A DNA stretch of 51,194 bases. It comes from a bacterium. GTDB lineage: Bacteria > RUG730 > JAAEPJ01. Shown piece by piece: positions 51,144-51,194 of the stretch (the first letter of the stretch is position 1; each line of letters starts with the position of its first letter). Where the stretch lies: assembly GCA_024222485.1 (NCBI GenBank), contig JAAEPJ010000005.1, positions 1 through 51,194 of the forward strand, written 5' to 3'. A model generated the notes under the pieces. The model did no database searches. It was not told the DNA's origin and worked only from the letters and a program-made list of their open reading frames with translations. Position numbers and translations under genes: made by a program.

Positions 51144-51194
51144 ATGAAAAATAATTACTCCTCTCAAGACAAATTTAATATTGTGCTAGAAGCA
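51144..51194 (+). other. 5' end of an ORF running off the window (MKNNYSSQDKFNIVLEA...). The pattern resembles the N-terminal HTH of IS3-family OrfA transposases
   Basis: GGAGG lies 13 nt upstream. Only 17 codons are visible. Confidence 0.25.

Noticed and set aside
1-51194. tRNA genes, rRNA fragments, CRISPR arrays
   Set aside because: No GTTCGAATC-type T-loop with a matching acceptor stem was found in any intergenic gap. There are no regularly spaced direct repeats. The spacers are AT-rich and low-complexity.

Overview
This is an AT-rich (roughly 30-35% GC) chromosomal window from a diderm (Gram-negative-type) bacterium. The cell-envelope evidence is a long-form YidC, LepB and an AcrB-type RND pump. 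The phylum cannot be assigned from sequence alone. The window is almost entirely core genome and codes densely on both strands. In order it carries: an orphan RND pump and a GH15 glycoside hydrolase; yebC-ruvC; DUF1015; thiE-rluA-msrAB on the minus strand; an RRM RNA-binding protein; a decaying recG; rpmH-rnpA-yidD-yidC-jag; a contiguous PTS/nitrogen-PTS block (hpf-ptsN-rapZ-yvcK, a complete mannose-family EIIA/B/C/D, then ptsH-ptsI); lepA-lepB; ppdK, rpoD, dnaG and an epimerase on the minus strand; argG-panD-cvpA-trmB-metX-metW; an SPFH protein; a FetB-like permease; rpsB-tsf-pyrH-frr; and RNase R. I found no tRNA, rRNA or CRISPR array and no obvious defence or mobile island inside the window. 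Only the last 50 nt hint at a possible insertion-sequence transposase start. The most notable observations are listed here. (1) recG is a pseudogene: a frame break in a T6/A6 homopolymer, a Gly-to-Glu change in the Walker A motif, and a roughly 36-aa low-complexity insertion whose DNA is locally GC-rich. (2) The PTS-Ntr/RapZ/YvcK/Man-PTS/HPr/EI block is unusually consolidated and has no rpoN. (3) An 850-bp ORF-free, extremely AT-rich region at 37426-38276 holds two near-consensus DnaA-box 9-mers 46 bp apart. This is a candidate replication origin or regulatory region. (4) An A18 homopolymer and perfect palindromes lie in the leader/promoter region of the RRM protein gene. (5) A second ORF-free 680-bp region at 42765-43447 contains a perfect 24-bp palindrome and nested inverted repeats. 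No ribosomal RNA, tRNA, tmRNA, RNase P RNA or riboswitch signature was found by eye. None of these can be excluded without a covariance-model search.
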